A DNA stretch of 64,000 bases from Candidatus Krumholzibacteriia bacterium (GCA_041484665.1 JBGPIA010000003.1:192001-256000), one strand, 5' to 3'; positions 51,391 to 60,550 are shown, counted from the stretch's first letter. The notes: generated by a model from the letters alone, not told the origin. Program-made: numbers and translations.

Positions 51391-52188
51391 ATGGACGGCG
51401 CCGTCTACTTCGTCAGCGACACCCACTTCGGCTCGGGCTCGCAGCAGGCGCAGGCCGACCGACGCCGACGTTTCCTGGCCTGGCTGGACAGCCTGACCGA
51501 CGCCAGCCACCTCTACCTGCTCGGCGACCTCTTCGACTTCTGGCTGGACTATCCAAACTTCATGCCGAAGACGCACCTGGAAGTGCTCGACGGCCTGCGG
51601 CGCCTGCGGGACCGTGGCGTCGAGCTGGCCTTCGTGGGCGGCAACCACGACATGTGGTGCGCAAGGTACCTGCAGGCGACCCTTGGCGTGCGCTCGCTGT
51701 TGCCCAACAGCGTAGCGGAGCACCAGGGGGTGCGGGTGCGGATGAACCATGGGGACGGGCTGTTGACGGGCGATCTTGCCTACAAGGCCTTCCGGGCCGC
51801 GGTCCGCAACCCTGCCACCGTGCTGCTGGCGCGCGCCCTGCACCCCGAGCTGGTGCACTGGATGGCCGCGCGCCTCTCCCACGCCTCGCGCCGGAAGAAG
51901 CGCCACGGCGTGGCGCAGCTGCGGCTCGCCGTCGACCGTTACGGGCACCAGCATGACCACAGCGACGTCGACTACTTGGCGGTGGGCCACCTGCACGTGC
52001 CGCTGTCCATCCCGTTCGCGGGCTGGACCTTCGTCTGCCTGGGGGACTGGGTGGAGCACCACACCGCCGGCCGATTGGTCGGAGGTGCGCTCACCGTGGG
52101 ACCGGTGGGAGAGGACCCGGCCGAGGCCGCACGGGCCGCCGCCCTGTCCGCGCGCTCCGCGCTGCAGCCGCGCCCCGAGCGCGGCTGA
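51391..52188 (+). CDS. lpxH: UDP-2,3-diacylglucosamine diphosphatase (LpxH-like metallophosphoesterase)
   Basis: SDTHFG, LGDLFDFW, GNHD, HGD, GHLH, LGDW motifs. Confidence 0.85.
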   Translation: MDGAVYFVSDTHFGSGSQQAQADRRRRFLAWLDSLTDASHLYLLGDLFDFWLDYPNFMPKTHLEVLDGLRRLRDRGVELAFVGGNHDMWCARYLQATLGVRSLLPNSVAEHQGVRVRMNHGDGLLTGDLAYKAFRAAVRNPATVLLARALHPELVHWMAARLSHASRRKKRHGVAQLRLAVDRYGHQHDHSDVDYLAVGHLHVPLSIPFAGWTFVCLGDWVEHHTAGRLVGGALTVGPVGEDPAEAARAAALSARSALQPRPERG

Positions 52189-52194
52189 GACCGT

Positions 52195-52227
52195 CCGCGG
52201 GCGCCCGGCGAAACGGGACGCCCGTGG
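52195..52227. terminator. Hairpin between convergent lpxH and PorV genes
   Basis: CCGCGGGCG-CCCG-gcgaaa-CGGG-a-CGCCCGTGG; no U-tract. Confidence 0.5.
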
Positions 52228-52258
52228 TCGTCCGGCGCGTCACGCAGGCAGCGGCCGA

Positions 52259-53254
52259 CTAGCGCAACGCCGCGCCCGCGGCTGCGGGTTGCGGCAGGAA
52301 CGCCATCCGCACCGAGAAGCGATGCGTGTCCTGGAAGTCGTTCTTGTTGACCAGGTACGCGTAGTCGACGTCGAAGATGCCGCGGTGGAAGCCGGCGCCA
52401 AACGTGGCCCCCAACGTGTCGTAGGCGAATCGGTTGCCGGCGCGCAGCGCGAACGCCTCGTGCAGGCGCAGCTCGGCGCCGGCGTGCAGGCGGGCGTTGC
52501 CGTCGTTGGGGACGACGACCTCGCCGGCCAGGGTCAGGCGCCGCAGGAACGCGGGTGCGCTGGACTGTCCCGCGTAGCTGGCTCCCAGACGCAGCGTGAC
52601 GGGCAGATCGAACTCCTCCTGATTCAGCTTCATCTTGCGCCCGTAGTTCTGCAGGCAGGCGGCGAGCGTCAGTCCAGGGATCTGCGAGCGGTGGGAGATC
52701 CCTAGGTCGACAGCCACGCCCGATCCGTCATACACGTCGATGCGCTGGTAGAGGAACTTCCCGACGATCCCCACCGAGACATCCTTGAAATCGTAGGCGT
52801 AGCCCAGCCCCACGGCGATATCGTAGGGGCGGAAGCTGCCACGCTGCACGCCGACCGGCTCCTCGTCGTAGCGCGGGATGAAGTCGCTGTAGAAACCGCT
52901 GAAGGAGAGGCCCAGCGCGCCGGCGGGAGTATTGTGGCTGACGGCGAAGCTCTCCTGGCGGAAGTCCTGGAAGTACTCCAGGTGCTGGAGCGACACCTGC
53001 GTGCCCTTGGCGTTGACCAGGTTGGCGGGATTCCAGTACGCGGCCGTGGCGTCGGTGGCGCCCGCGACGCCGGTGTCGCCCATGGCGCCAGCGCGGGCGC
53101 CCATGCCCAGCCGCAGCGAGAGCAGGCCGGCGCTGCCCGGGTCGCCGGCCAAAGCGGACACGGGCGGCAGCACCAGCGCGGCGGCCGCAGCCAGCGCCAG
53201 CGCGGTCAACGCGGCACGCGCGCGCCATGGATGGTGGAACCTGCCTGCACTCAT
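52259..53254 (-). CDS. PorV/PorQ family outer-membrane protein
   Basis: GGAGGAG RBS; LRLGMGARAGAMG...DATAAYWNPANL; LPVTLRLG; DVDYAY...THRFSV. Confidence 0.88.
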   Translation of the reverse strand: MSAGRFHHPWRARAALTALALAAAAALVLPPVSALAGDPGSAGLLSLRLGMGARAGAMGDTGVAGATDATAAYWNPANLVNAKGTQVSLQHLEYFQDFRQESFAVSHNTPAGALGLSFSGFYSDFIPRYDEEPVGVQRGSFRPYDIAVGLGYAYDFKDVSVGIVGKFLYQRIDVYDGSGVAVDLGISHRSQIPGLTLAACLQNYGRKMKLNQEEFDLPVTLRLGASYAGQSSAPAFLRRLTLAGEVVVPNDGNARLHAGAELRLHEAFALRAGNRFAYDTLGATFGAGFHRGIFDVDYAYLVNKNDFQDTHRFSVRMAFLPQPAAAGAALR

Positions 53255-53301
53255 CGCGTGACTCCTCCGCGGTCGCCGGGAAGGCGCTCCGCTCGTCCTG
53301 G

Positions 53302-53331
53302 AGTATACCGGCCGCACGATGGCGGCATCAA
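53302..53331 (-). promoter_or_regulatory. Possible sigma70-type promoter for the PorV gene
   Basis: TTGATG-N18-TATACT. Confidence 0.5.
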
Positions 53332-53352
53332 TCGAGCTCTCCCGCTCGTCTC

Positions 53353-56300
53353 TCAACGCGCTACCGCAAACGTCGCCACCGCCGCGTCGCCGTTGACGCG
53401 CAGGCGGCAGACGTAGTACCCGCTCGCCAGCCCCGCCACCGAGATCGGCTCGTCGTAGAGCGCCGGTGCGACGATCTCGACCCTCGGCAGGGCGCGCACC
53501 TGCTGGCCCTCGAGGTTGTACACAGCTCCCTCCACGCGCCCAGGGCGCAGGATCTCCGCGCGCACGCGGACCGTGGGTCCCGTTACCGGATTCGGATAGA
53601 CCGCCAGCGTCTTGCCCTGGATCGACGCCCCGCCGCTGGGCGCGGCCGCGTCGGTGCTCAGGCGCTGCACGCCGCTGTTCCAGGCATCCCCTCGGCCTTG
53701 CGGCCAAGGCGCGAAGGTGTCGGCGGGTACGTCGAGAGCGTAGACGCGCAGCTCCCCCTCGCGCCGCGTGACGACCGCGGTCTGCGCCGGAATCGTCTGG
53801 ATGAGCGCGTCGAATGCGCCGGCTGCCACCAGCTCCAGCGATCCGTCGCCGTCGAGGTCGGCGACGGCCGGCGCGCCGGCGGGCTCCGCGGGACCGGCGA
53901 ACGGCCAGCCGGGCAGGGCCTGTACTTGCCGCTGATCGACGGCGTGGAGGCGTCCCACCGGGTCCTGCCAGAGGAGCTCGGCCTGGCCGTCTGAGTCGAG
54001 ATCGACCATCAGGGGAGCCACCAGCGCCGGTGCGCCGGCCGGGTGCCCTCCGGCGTAGGCCGGCCGATAGGGGCCGCCCGTGCGCACGCGCAGCGCGCGG
54101 TCCAGGGGCAGCAGCGCGCTGCCGGTAGCGTAGGCGATCACCGGCTCGCCCGCAGCCCGCAGCGGACCAGCGGCGAGCCCCGACCAGGGCGACGGCTGCG
54201 GATCCCCGGCGACCGGCGCCGGTGAGGCCGCGGCGCCGCTGACGGCCGGCGGGGCCGCACGGATCGCCGTGAGCGCGGCGCCAAGCAGGAGTCCCATCCG
54301 TTGTGCGCGCCCCAGCGAATCGACCCACGCGACGTCGACGTCGTCAGAGGAGGGAGCGAAGCGGGAGGCCAGCATTGGCACTGCGGCGATGCGGCCCGTT
54401 ACCGGCACCGTGCCCAGCAAGCCCAGCCCGAGCTCGGCGGTCACGATCTGATCCTGCGCGGCGCCCCGCAGCCCGAACGCGAACGTCACGGCCGCGCCCT
54501 GCGGGCCGCGCGGCACGACGAGCAGCTCAGAGGCCGGCGTGCCGGACAGGAGCGGCGTGACTGCCTGCACCGCAGGGCCCGGTGGGCCCCCGCTGCATGC
54601 GTCCAGACCGGACAGGAAGAACGTGACGAGCTGCGTCTCGCCGGCCGCGGAGACGCTGAGCTGGACGATCTCGATCGGCGAGCGCGGCCCGGCCGAGGCG
54701 AACGCGCCGCACAAGGGACGCAGCACCGGCGCCCCCACGAAGGTGCTCGCACCGGCGGGAATGAGCACCCCCCACGTGGCGGGATTCGCATCGCCGTCCT
54801 GGAACTCTGCGCCGGTGCTGCCGACGAACGCGTAGACGCCGTCCGCGCTGGCCAACACCACTTCGAGCACGCCGTCGCCGTCCAGGTCTCCCACGGCCGG
54901 AGGCCCTAGCCATTGCGGCGGCCCGTTGGGCCCGCGCGCCAGCGCCAGCACGCCGGTGGTCGACGGATCGTGGTCGCCATCGACCCAGTCGCCCAGATCC
55001 GCGGTGAATACATACACGGCGCCGCTGTCGCCGGCTGCGATGATCTGCATGCCGGGCGCATCGTTGGGCAGCAGGTCGGCCACCCGCAGGTCGAAGCGGG
55101 GCGCGCGGCGGGGCAGCCGCCGCCGGGACCGCTCGTGCACGCGCGGTGGGGCCGCTCCAGCGCGGCTGAGCCCAAGGGTCATGGTACCGTCGTAGACGAT
55201 GGCCTGCAGCTGGCCCGAGCTGAGGACGGAGTCGAGGGCGACGCGACTGATCTGGGAGAATGCGATGCCGGTCGGCGCGCCGTCGGCGGTGTCCGTGGCG
55301 GGCAGCGTGTCGGGGCCGAAGCGGCTGGCGCCCTCGCCGCGGAACGCGTCACCGTCCCAGCCGAGGAAATAGACCGACGGCTTGGCAGAATCGAGATCCT
55401 GGATGCCGTCGGCCTCCTCTAGGTCGACCCCCTTGTGGGCGGGGTCGGCGTTGATCCGGTTGCTGCCCGTGCGAACGGCGTCCTCGATCACGCGCTCGTC
55501 GACGTGCCAGACGTAGAGCCCGCTGCCCCGTCCGCGCCGGTATCGTGGGCCGTCGAGCCACTCGCTCATGGCGAAGTCCCACTCGGCGCCCTCGGTGTTC
55601 TCCCAGGTGTCCACGCCGGGCGTGAACGGCGACGTGGGAAAGCCGTTGGTGCTGTCGCTACCCGCATCGTAGTAATCAGGGAAACCGTCGTGGTTGAGAT
55701 CGCCGGGAAAGGTGAAGCGCAGATTTCCGTCCGGGTCCTGCAGCCGGTACTCGGCCAGCCAGTATTCCCGACTGTTGATGGGCACCTTGAGAAGCAGCGT
55801 GTCGGCGATGGTCGTGGCCGTGGCCCCCAGCCTCAATTGCAGGGTCTCGCCCAGGGCGGGCACCGCCTCCACGGGTTCGGCCCAGCCCATCAGCGCGCGG
55901 TTCATGGCCGAAGGCTCGGCCGGGATCAGCCCGATCCCCGCGAACAGGCCGTAGCTCATCAGGTCGAATTGGCCGGCGCCCTGGCTATCGGGCGATCCAG
56001 CCGGCGTGAAGTCGGCCAGGTTGAGCATCCCCAGCCGTAAACCGAACTCGAAGCAGTAGACGCCGAGGGTGCCGAAGAAGCCGTCGGAGAGCCCGGGCAC
56101 GGGATCCTGACTCTCGCTCTCGGGCAGCACGAGCACGTGCTCTACGTCGACGCCGTCACCGGTCGGCAGGCGCGCGTCGGGCAGCGCTCCCGCCTGGAAG
56201 GCGGCCTTATAATCGCGGGCGTCGAGATAGTTGCTGAAGATCTGCGCCGGGCTGTCCTGGAGGATGTCGGTCTCCTGCCCCGCTCCGGCGTGGATCAGCA

Positions 56301-57003
56301 CCAGCGTGTCGTAGCGGCTGAAGTCGACCTGCGGGTCGATGGCGGCGATCGCGTCGCGCGCCATCTCCACCACGTGCACGCTGGAGGTGTCGTCGTCGCC
56401 GTAGTAGCCCATGGGCCTCGGCAGATTCACGAGCGAGCCCAGCACGTTCCAGCGCATGTGGAATCGGCCGCGGCTCACCGTCGCGAGGTAGTCGCGCACT
56501 CGCTGCATCTGCACGTCGAAATAGGCCGAGTCATGCGCGGTGAACTCGTAGACGGCCCGGCCCTGGAAGGCGAAGAGCGGCCCCAGGTAGTGGCCGTGTC
56601 GCGTCTGGGGTGGCCAGCCCGGGAACTCCGCCAGGTTGCGCCCCCACAGCAGGCTGTCGCTGAAGTCGCAGCCCACGACCAGCAGGCGCAGCGAGTCGGG
56701 GCCCGCGCGGCGCTGCAAGGCCGTACGCTGCGAGAGTGTCAGCTGCCTGGGGAGCAGCCGGCGACCGCACTGCAGCAGCAGCCGGGCGCGCTGCGGGAGG
56801 AGCTCCCCGTGCGGGCGCGGCGGCGCTGACGCTGCACCGCCGGCGCGCGGGAGCACGGCGACCGCAGCCGCGACTGCCACGGCCACGGCAGCGGCTGCCA
56901 CCACGGCGAGCGAGCGCCCGGCGGCGATGGCGCTCGCATCGCGCTTGCGTCGCGGTGGCGTGCGCGGTGGCGTGTGCGGCTCTGGAATGCGCGGTTCGGG
57001 CAC
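53353..57003 (-). CDS. Secreted M6 (immune inhibitor A)-like protease homologue with degenerate zinc site, FG-GAP repeats and T9SS-like C-terminal domain
   Basis: LIHAGAGQE, DLMSYG, MGW, EYWLAEYR, GLYVWHVDE, VDLEEADG; DLDGDG repeats; AVYPNPV...LASGYYVCRL. HExxH position reads FEFGL. Confidence 0.82.
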   Translation of the reverse strand: MPEPRIPEPHTPPRTPPRRKRDASAIAAGRSLAVVAAAAVAVAVAAAVAVLPRAGGAASAPPRPHGELLPQRARLLLQCGRRLLPRQLTLSQRTALQRRAGPDSLRLLVVGCDFSDSLLWGRNLAEFPGWPPQTRHGHYLGPLFAFQGRAVYEFTAHDSAYFDVQMQRVRDYLATVSRGRFHMRWNVLGSLVNLPRPMGYYGDDDTSSVHVVEMARDAIAAIDPQVDFSRYDTLVLIHAGAGQETDILQDSPAQIFSNYLDARDYKAAFQAGALPDARLPTGDGVDVEHVLVLPESESQDPVPGLSDGFFGTLGVYCFEFGLRLGMLNLADFTPAGSPDSQGAGQFDLMSYGLFAGIGLIPAEPSAMNRALMGWAEPVEAVPALGETLQLRLGATATTIADTLLLKVPINSREYWLAEYRLQDPDGNLRFTFPGDLNHDGFPDYYDAGSDSTNGFPTSPFTPGVDTWENTEGAEWDFAMSEWLDGPRYRRGRGSGLYVWHVDERVIEDAVRTGSNRINADPAHKGVDLEEADGIQDLDSAKPSVYFLGWDGDAFRGEGASRFGPDTLPATDTADGAPTGIAFSQISRVALDSVLSSGQLQAIVYDGTMTLGLSRAGAAPPRVHERSRRRLPRRAPRFDLRVADLLPNDAPGMQIIAAGDSGAVYVFTADLGDWVDGDHDPSTTGVLALARGPNGPPQWLGPPAVGDLDGDGVLEVVLASADGVYAFVGSTGAEFQDGDANPATWGVLIPAGASTFVGAPVLRPLCGAFASAGPRSPIEIVQLSVSAAGETQLVTFFLSGLDACSGGPPGPAVQAVTPLLSGTPASELLVVPRGPQGAAVTFAFGLRGAAQDQIVTAELGLGLLGTVPVTGRIAAVPMLASRFAPSSDDVDVAWVDSLGRAQRMGLLLGAALTAIRAAPPAVSGAAASPAPVAGDPQPSPWSGLAAGPLRAAGEPVIAYATGSALLPLDRALRVRTGGPYRPAYAGGHPAGAPALVAPLMVDLDSDGQAELLWQDPVGRLHAVDQRQVQALPGWPFAGPAEPAGAPAVADLDGDGSLELVAAGAFDALIQTIPAQTAVVTRREGELRVYALDVPADTFAPWPQGRGDAWNSGVQRLSTDAAAPSGGASIQGKTLAVYPNPVTGPTVRVRAEILRPGRVEGAVYNLEGQQVRALPRVEIVAPALYDEPISVAGLASGYYVCRLRVNGDAAVATFAVAR

Positions 57004-57012
57004 GAGGCGGGC

Positions 57013-57042
57013 AGTATAGGGAGAGGACACAGAGGGGGTCAA
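57013..57042 (-). promoter_or_regulatory. Sigma70-type promoter for the M6-like gene
   Basis: TTGACC-N18-TATACT, 10 nt before the GTG at 57003. Confidence 0.6.
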
Positions 57043-57198
57043 CCGCGCGGCCCGCGGGCGCTGCGAACGCTGCACACGCGGCCGGCGTGCCCGGCGTGGC
57101 GCGCGCGGCGTGCGCTGCCGGCGGACGGCACTGGCCACCCAGCCCAAGACGCGAGCGCGGCGCTCCGGATTGCGGACGCGCCGCGCGCGCAAGAATCG

Positions 57199-57265
57199 GG
57201 AAGAGGAACGTCGGGCCCTCCATCGTCGCCCCTGATCGACATTTCCGGCCCTTCGTTCCTCTTCC
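57199..57265. repeat. Long imperfect inverted repeat
   Basis: GGAAGAGGAACG/CGTTCCTCTTCC (12 bp perfect) enclosing GGGCC/GGCCC and GTCG/CGAC. Confidence 0.75.
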
Positions 57266-57358
57266 ACCATCGAGGGTCCCCCGCGGCCCGCCCCTCTCCC
57301 CTCCTCCCGCGCTCGGCTGCCAACCATCGCAGGACGGGGACCGGGGTGCGAAGCCCCT

Positions 57359-57380
57359 GCCCCTTCCACAGGGAAGGGGT
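57359..57380 (-). terminator. Terminator-like hairpin after the DUF4384 gene
   Basis: CCCCTTCC-N4-GGAAGGGG about 35 nt after the stop codon; no U-tract. Confidence 0.45.
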
Positions 57381-57413
57381 CGGAGGGCCCTGTTCAAACC
57401 GTTCGGGTCTCTT

Positions 57414-59234
57414 CTACGAGCGACCTCCGCGCGGTGCTCCACGCTCAGCGGAGCTGCGTCCTGCGCCGCCATCGCGGCCGCCGCGATCCGCGGCTCCGTG
57501 GCGGGAGTCTCCACCGCCGCGGGGCGACGGAGCCTGGCGCGGCGCTGGCGCCGACCGCGGCGGAGGAGCCTGGGGAGCCGGCGCGCTCGACCGGGGCGGC
57601 GGAGCCACCTCCGGCGGGGGCGCCTGGCGCGGCGGCGGCGCGACTTGCTCACTGCGGCTGGGTCGCGGCGCCGGCGGGCCGGGCTCTGTACTCGCACCTC
57701 GCCCGCTGTCGTCCTGATCGCCTCGCGAGCGTGCGCCGGGCGCGGTCCCGTCGCGCGGCGGCGAAACGACCTTCCGCGGTGGACCGCCGCGGTCAGGCCC
57801 GCGCTCGCTGTTACGGATGACCGGGCGCGTCCAGCGGCGCGCGCCGGTGTCACGGCTCTCGCCCGAGCGCGGTTGCGGCGCGACCCGCGTCTCGCCGCCC
57901 GAGCGGTCCGTGCCGTCGTCTCCGTGGGCCGGCGACGGCAGGCTGCGAACGCTGCGCTCGCGGCGCACCACGGCGTCGGTGCGGACGCCGCCCCCGGTCT
58001 CGCGCGGCACCAGCGCCGTCGAGCGGTGCGGCGCCGGCAGCGGCGCTGTACGCTCCCGGTCCGGCAGTCGGCCGAGGCCGCGATCGGCGGGCGCGGTCAT
58101 GCGACCGCCGCCCCCGGCGCTTGCAACGCGCGCGCGCGCGATGCTGGGAGGCTCGCCGCCGCGGATGGCCTGCCTGCCGAAGCGCCGCTCGCTCGCCGGT
58201 CCGTCGACCGCGTACAGCGGCGCCGTCACCGCGGCGCCGTGCCGGTAGCGGACGAGGTAGTCACCGCGGTAGTACGGGCTATCGTTCCACGACCAGAGCG
58301 GGTAGGAGCGCACGTAGACGCCGCTCCCCGGCCAGCGGTAGCACACCGGGTAGTACCAGAAGTAGTACGGCCGGCACCCCACCAGATCCCAGTAGTAGAA
58401 CGGAGGATCGTAGAAGAGCGGGTAGTAGCCGTACCGTCCCCACCAGCCCGAGTACCAGCCCCAGTCGTAGTGAACCGACACCTGCGTGCAGGTGTCCACG
58501 TACGGGTGGACGGTGCGCCCGTCGTCACCGTGGCACTGGGAGCAAGCGTAGCGCGGGTAGTCGACCCGGCTGTCGACATACACGTGACTCCAGTCGGTAA
58601 CGATATAGTCGACGTCCTGCTCGAGGCCGGTGATGGCATAGTTCACGTCGTTCACGGCCAGGAACGGGTCCCCCGCGACTTTGTGTCGGTAGTGCTCCTG
58701 CTCATCGGGATCGAACGCGAAGTCGATCGCGAGGTTGCGCAGGTCGAATGGATAGCGGCTGGCGAGCGCCTCGACGTACTCGACACCCTTGCTGAGGCTG
58801 GCGTGCAGGCGATGCGTGGCGCCCGCGGGCGGCAGCGTGTAGGCGTGTCCGCCGTACACGAAGCCGTCGTTGTAGCGGGTGGCCGGCCAGAGCACCTCGG
58901 CCACGCCGTCTGCGTCAATGCGGTAGACGACGACGTAGGCGTCGGCATTGGTGCGGAAGTGGAAGCCAATGGCCTCCCCGCGCTGGTAGACTTCGTCCTC
59001 ACCCTTGTCGTGCCAGACCTGGATGCGCAGATCCCGGTCCGCGCCCGCCTCTGCCGTGCTCGCCTCGGCCTTGCTGGCCGCCGCCTTTGCGGTGTCCTGG
59101 TCGGCCGCGCGATCCTCCCCCTGCACCCAGAGGGCAGCCAGGTCCACGCGCGCAGTGTCCGCCCACGCGAGGGCCGGGACAAACGGGAGGACGGCGAGGA
59201 GGACGCCGATCGAAACGTGTAGCTTCGCGCTCAT
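57414..59234 (-). CDS. Secreted DUF4384-domain protein with Tyr/Trp-rich middle and Pro/Arg-rich tail
   Basis: Signal peptide; VYQRGEAIGFHFRTNADAYVVVYRIDADG.AEVLWP (DUF4384 pattern); CSQCH; low-complexity C-terminus; ATGA-coupled. Confidence 0.8.
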   Translation of the reverse strand: MSAKLHVSIGVLLAVLPFVPALAWADTARVDLAALWVQGEDRAADQDTAKAAASKAEASTAEAGADRDLRIQVWHDKGEDEVYQRGEAIGFHFRTNADAYVVVYRIDADGVAEVLWPATRYNDGFVYGGHAYTLPPAGATHRLHASLSKGVEYVEALASRYPFDLRNLAIDFAFDPDEQEHYRHKVAGDPFLAVNDVNYAITGLEQDVDYIVTDWSHVYVDSRVDYPRYACSQCHGDDGRTVHPYVDTCTQVSVHYDWGWYSGWWGRYGYYPLFYDPPFYYWDLVGCRPYYFWYYPVCYRWPGSGVYVRSYPLWSWNDSPYYRGDYLVRYRHGAAVTAPLYAVDGPASERRFGRQAIRGGEPPSIARARVASAGGGGRMTAPADRGLGRLPDRERTAPLPAPHRSTALVPRETGGGVRTDAVVRRERSVRSLPSPAHGDDGTDRSGGETRVAPQPRSGESRDTGARRWTRPVIRNSERGPDRGGPPRKVVSPPRDGTAPGARSRGDQDDSGRGASTEPGPPAPRPSRSEQVAPPPRQAPPPEVAPPPRSSAPAPQAPPPRSAPAPRQAPSPRGGGDSRHGAADRGGRDGGAGRSSAERGAPRGGRS

Positions 59235-60196
59235 CGCGACCCCTCCTCGGGTGTCGGCACGACCTTGCCTCCGCTTGGGACGGACAGCTCGATCAGGCCA
59301 GGCACCGGTTGATACGCCCAGTAGACGCCGACGTAGTCGGGAGTCCGCTCCACGACGGTGATCTTGGCGTAGTTGTGGTCTCCGGACAGAGCCGGGGATT
59401 GGAAGATCTTGATCGCGTACGTGTGGTCCACGACCGCTTCGACTTTGCCGGCGATGGACCAGCCGCTCGTGGGCGCCAGGCTCAGGTCGTCGAAGGAGGC
59501 CAGGCCGAAGTCCTGGATCTGCACGCGATCGGGATTTGCGTAAAAGTAGCCGACCCGCTGAGCGCCGACCAACTCGGAGCCGAACCACAGGTCGGTGCTC
59601 GACAGCGAGTAGAGCTGCGCCTGATCCGACAGGCTGCTGAAGTCGTAGCCTGAGAACTGCGCGTTCTGGAGGGACAGGGCCTGGTCGTAGAGCTTGAGCG
59701 CGCTCTGCACCTGCTCGGGGCGCGGCGTGTCCACGACGTAGTCCAAGCTCAGGCCGCTCTCGTTGTTGGTGTGGTCGAACGCGCTCACGGCGTAGTAGTA
59801 GTCCACCCCGTTGGTCAGCCCGGTGTCCGCGTACTCGACGAAATCATCGCCGGGCGCGCTGGTCGCGCCAGGCTGCAGGTGATCGATGGCCGTGATCTCG
59901 GCGATCATCGTGAATTTGCTGCTGCCGTCGGTGTTGCTGAAGATCCGGTAGCCAGCGAGGTCCGGCTCGCGGTCGGGGATCCAGCGCAAGTAGATCGCAT
60001 GGTCGCCTGTAATGCTGTGCACGCCGCCAGGTATGGCCGGTGGCGTCGCGTCCACGAAACCCTTCTCGTGATCGTTGCAGCCACCCAGGGTCGCGATCGC
60101 CAGCGCCCCGAGCGCGGCGGCGAGCGTCCGTGACCCGGCTGAGACTTTGAGCGTGGCTCTTCGCGAGCCAAAGACACTGCTGCTGTGCCTACGCAT
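59231..60196 (-). CDS. Lipoprotein with FN3 domain
   Basis: GGAGGAGG RBS; lipobox LGGC; PPAIPGGV..GDHAIYLRW..EPDLAGYRIF...YYYAVSAFDHTNNES. Confidence 0.85.
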   Translation of the reverse strand: MRRHSSSVFGSRRATLKVSAGSRTLAAALGALAIATLGGCNDHEKGFVDATPPAIPGGVHSITGDHAIYLRWIPDREPDLAGYRIFSNTDGSSKFTMIAEITAIDHLQPGATSAPGDDFVEYADTGLTNGVDYYYAVSAFDHTNNESGLSLDYVVDTPRPEQVQSALKLYDQALSLQNAQFSGYDFSSLSDQAQLYSLSSTDLWFGSELVGAQRVGYFYANPDRVQIQDFGLASFDDLSLAPTSGWSIAGKVEAVVDHTYAIKIFQSPALSGDHNYAKITVVERTPDYVGVYWAYQPVPGLIELSVPSGGKVVPTPEEGSR

Positions 60197-60255
60197 CGTG
60201 GACCTCCTCCCTGCAGGTCTCGTGACCTTCGGCCGACCACCCTGCTGGTGCACAA

Positions 60256-60271
60256 GGCACCGCCCGTGCCA
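60256..60271 (-). promoter_or_regulatory. Sigma54 -24/-12 promoter for the lipoprotein-DUF4384 operon
   Basis: TGGCACGGGCGGTGCC (GG-N10-GC). Confidence 0.62.
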
Positions 60272-60298
60272 GGCTGCGCCGCGCGGGAGACGGGGCGG

Positions 60299-60314
60299 GG
60301 CACCCTGGGTGCCA
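60299..60314 (-). promoter_or_regulatory. Second tandem sigma54 -24/-12-like site
   Basis: TGGCACCCAGGGTGCC (GG-N10-GC), itself near-palindromic. Confidence 0.45.
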
Positions 60315-60332
60315 GACCCCCCACGCGATCCC

Positions 60333-60345
60333 CAACTCGTTGAAA
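60333..60345 (-). promoter_or_regulatory. IHF-like binding site
   Basis: TTTCAACGAGTTG versus consensus WATCAANNNNTTR (one mismatch). Confidence 0.5.
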
Positions 60346-60550
60346 AGAAGCGAATTGCCAGCACGCGGGGACTGGTGCTGGTGGCGGCGGCGCTGCGGCC
60401 GGGGCCCGGCTGTACGCGCCCCGCAGCCCCGTACGTGCCCCGCGGGGGACAGCCCCCTGTCCTCTGGCTGGGACAGCCGGGAGCGCGAGCCTGCGCAACC
60501 ATGGCCGGGGCGGCGGGGCGCTTCGGTGGTAGCGGTGCGCGGCCGGCCGC

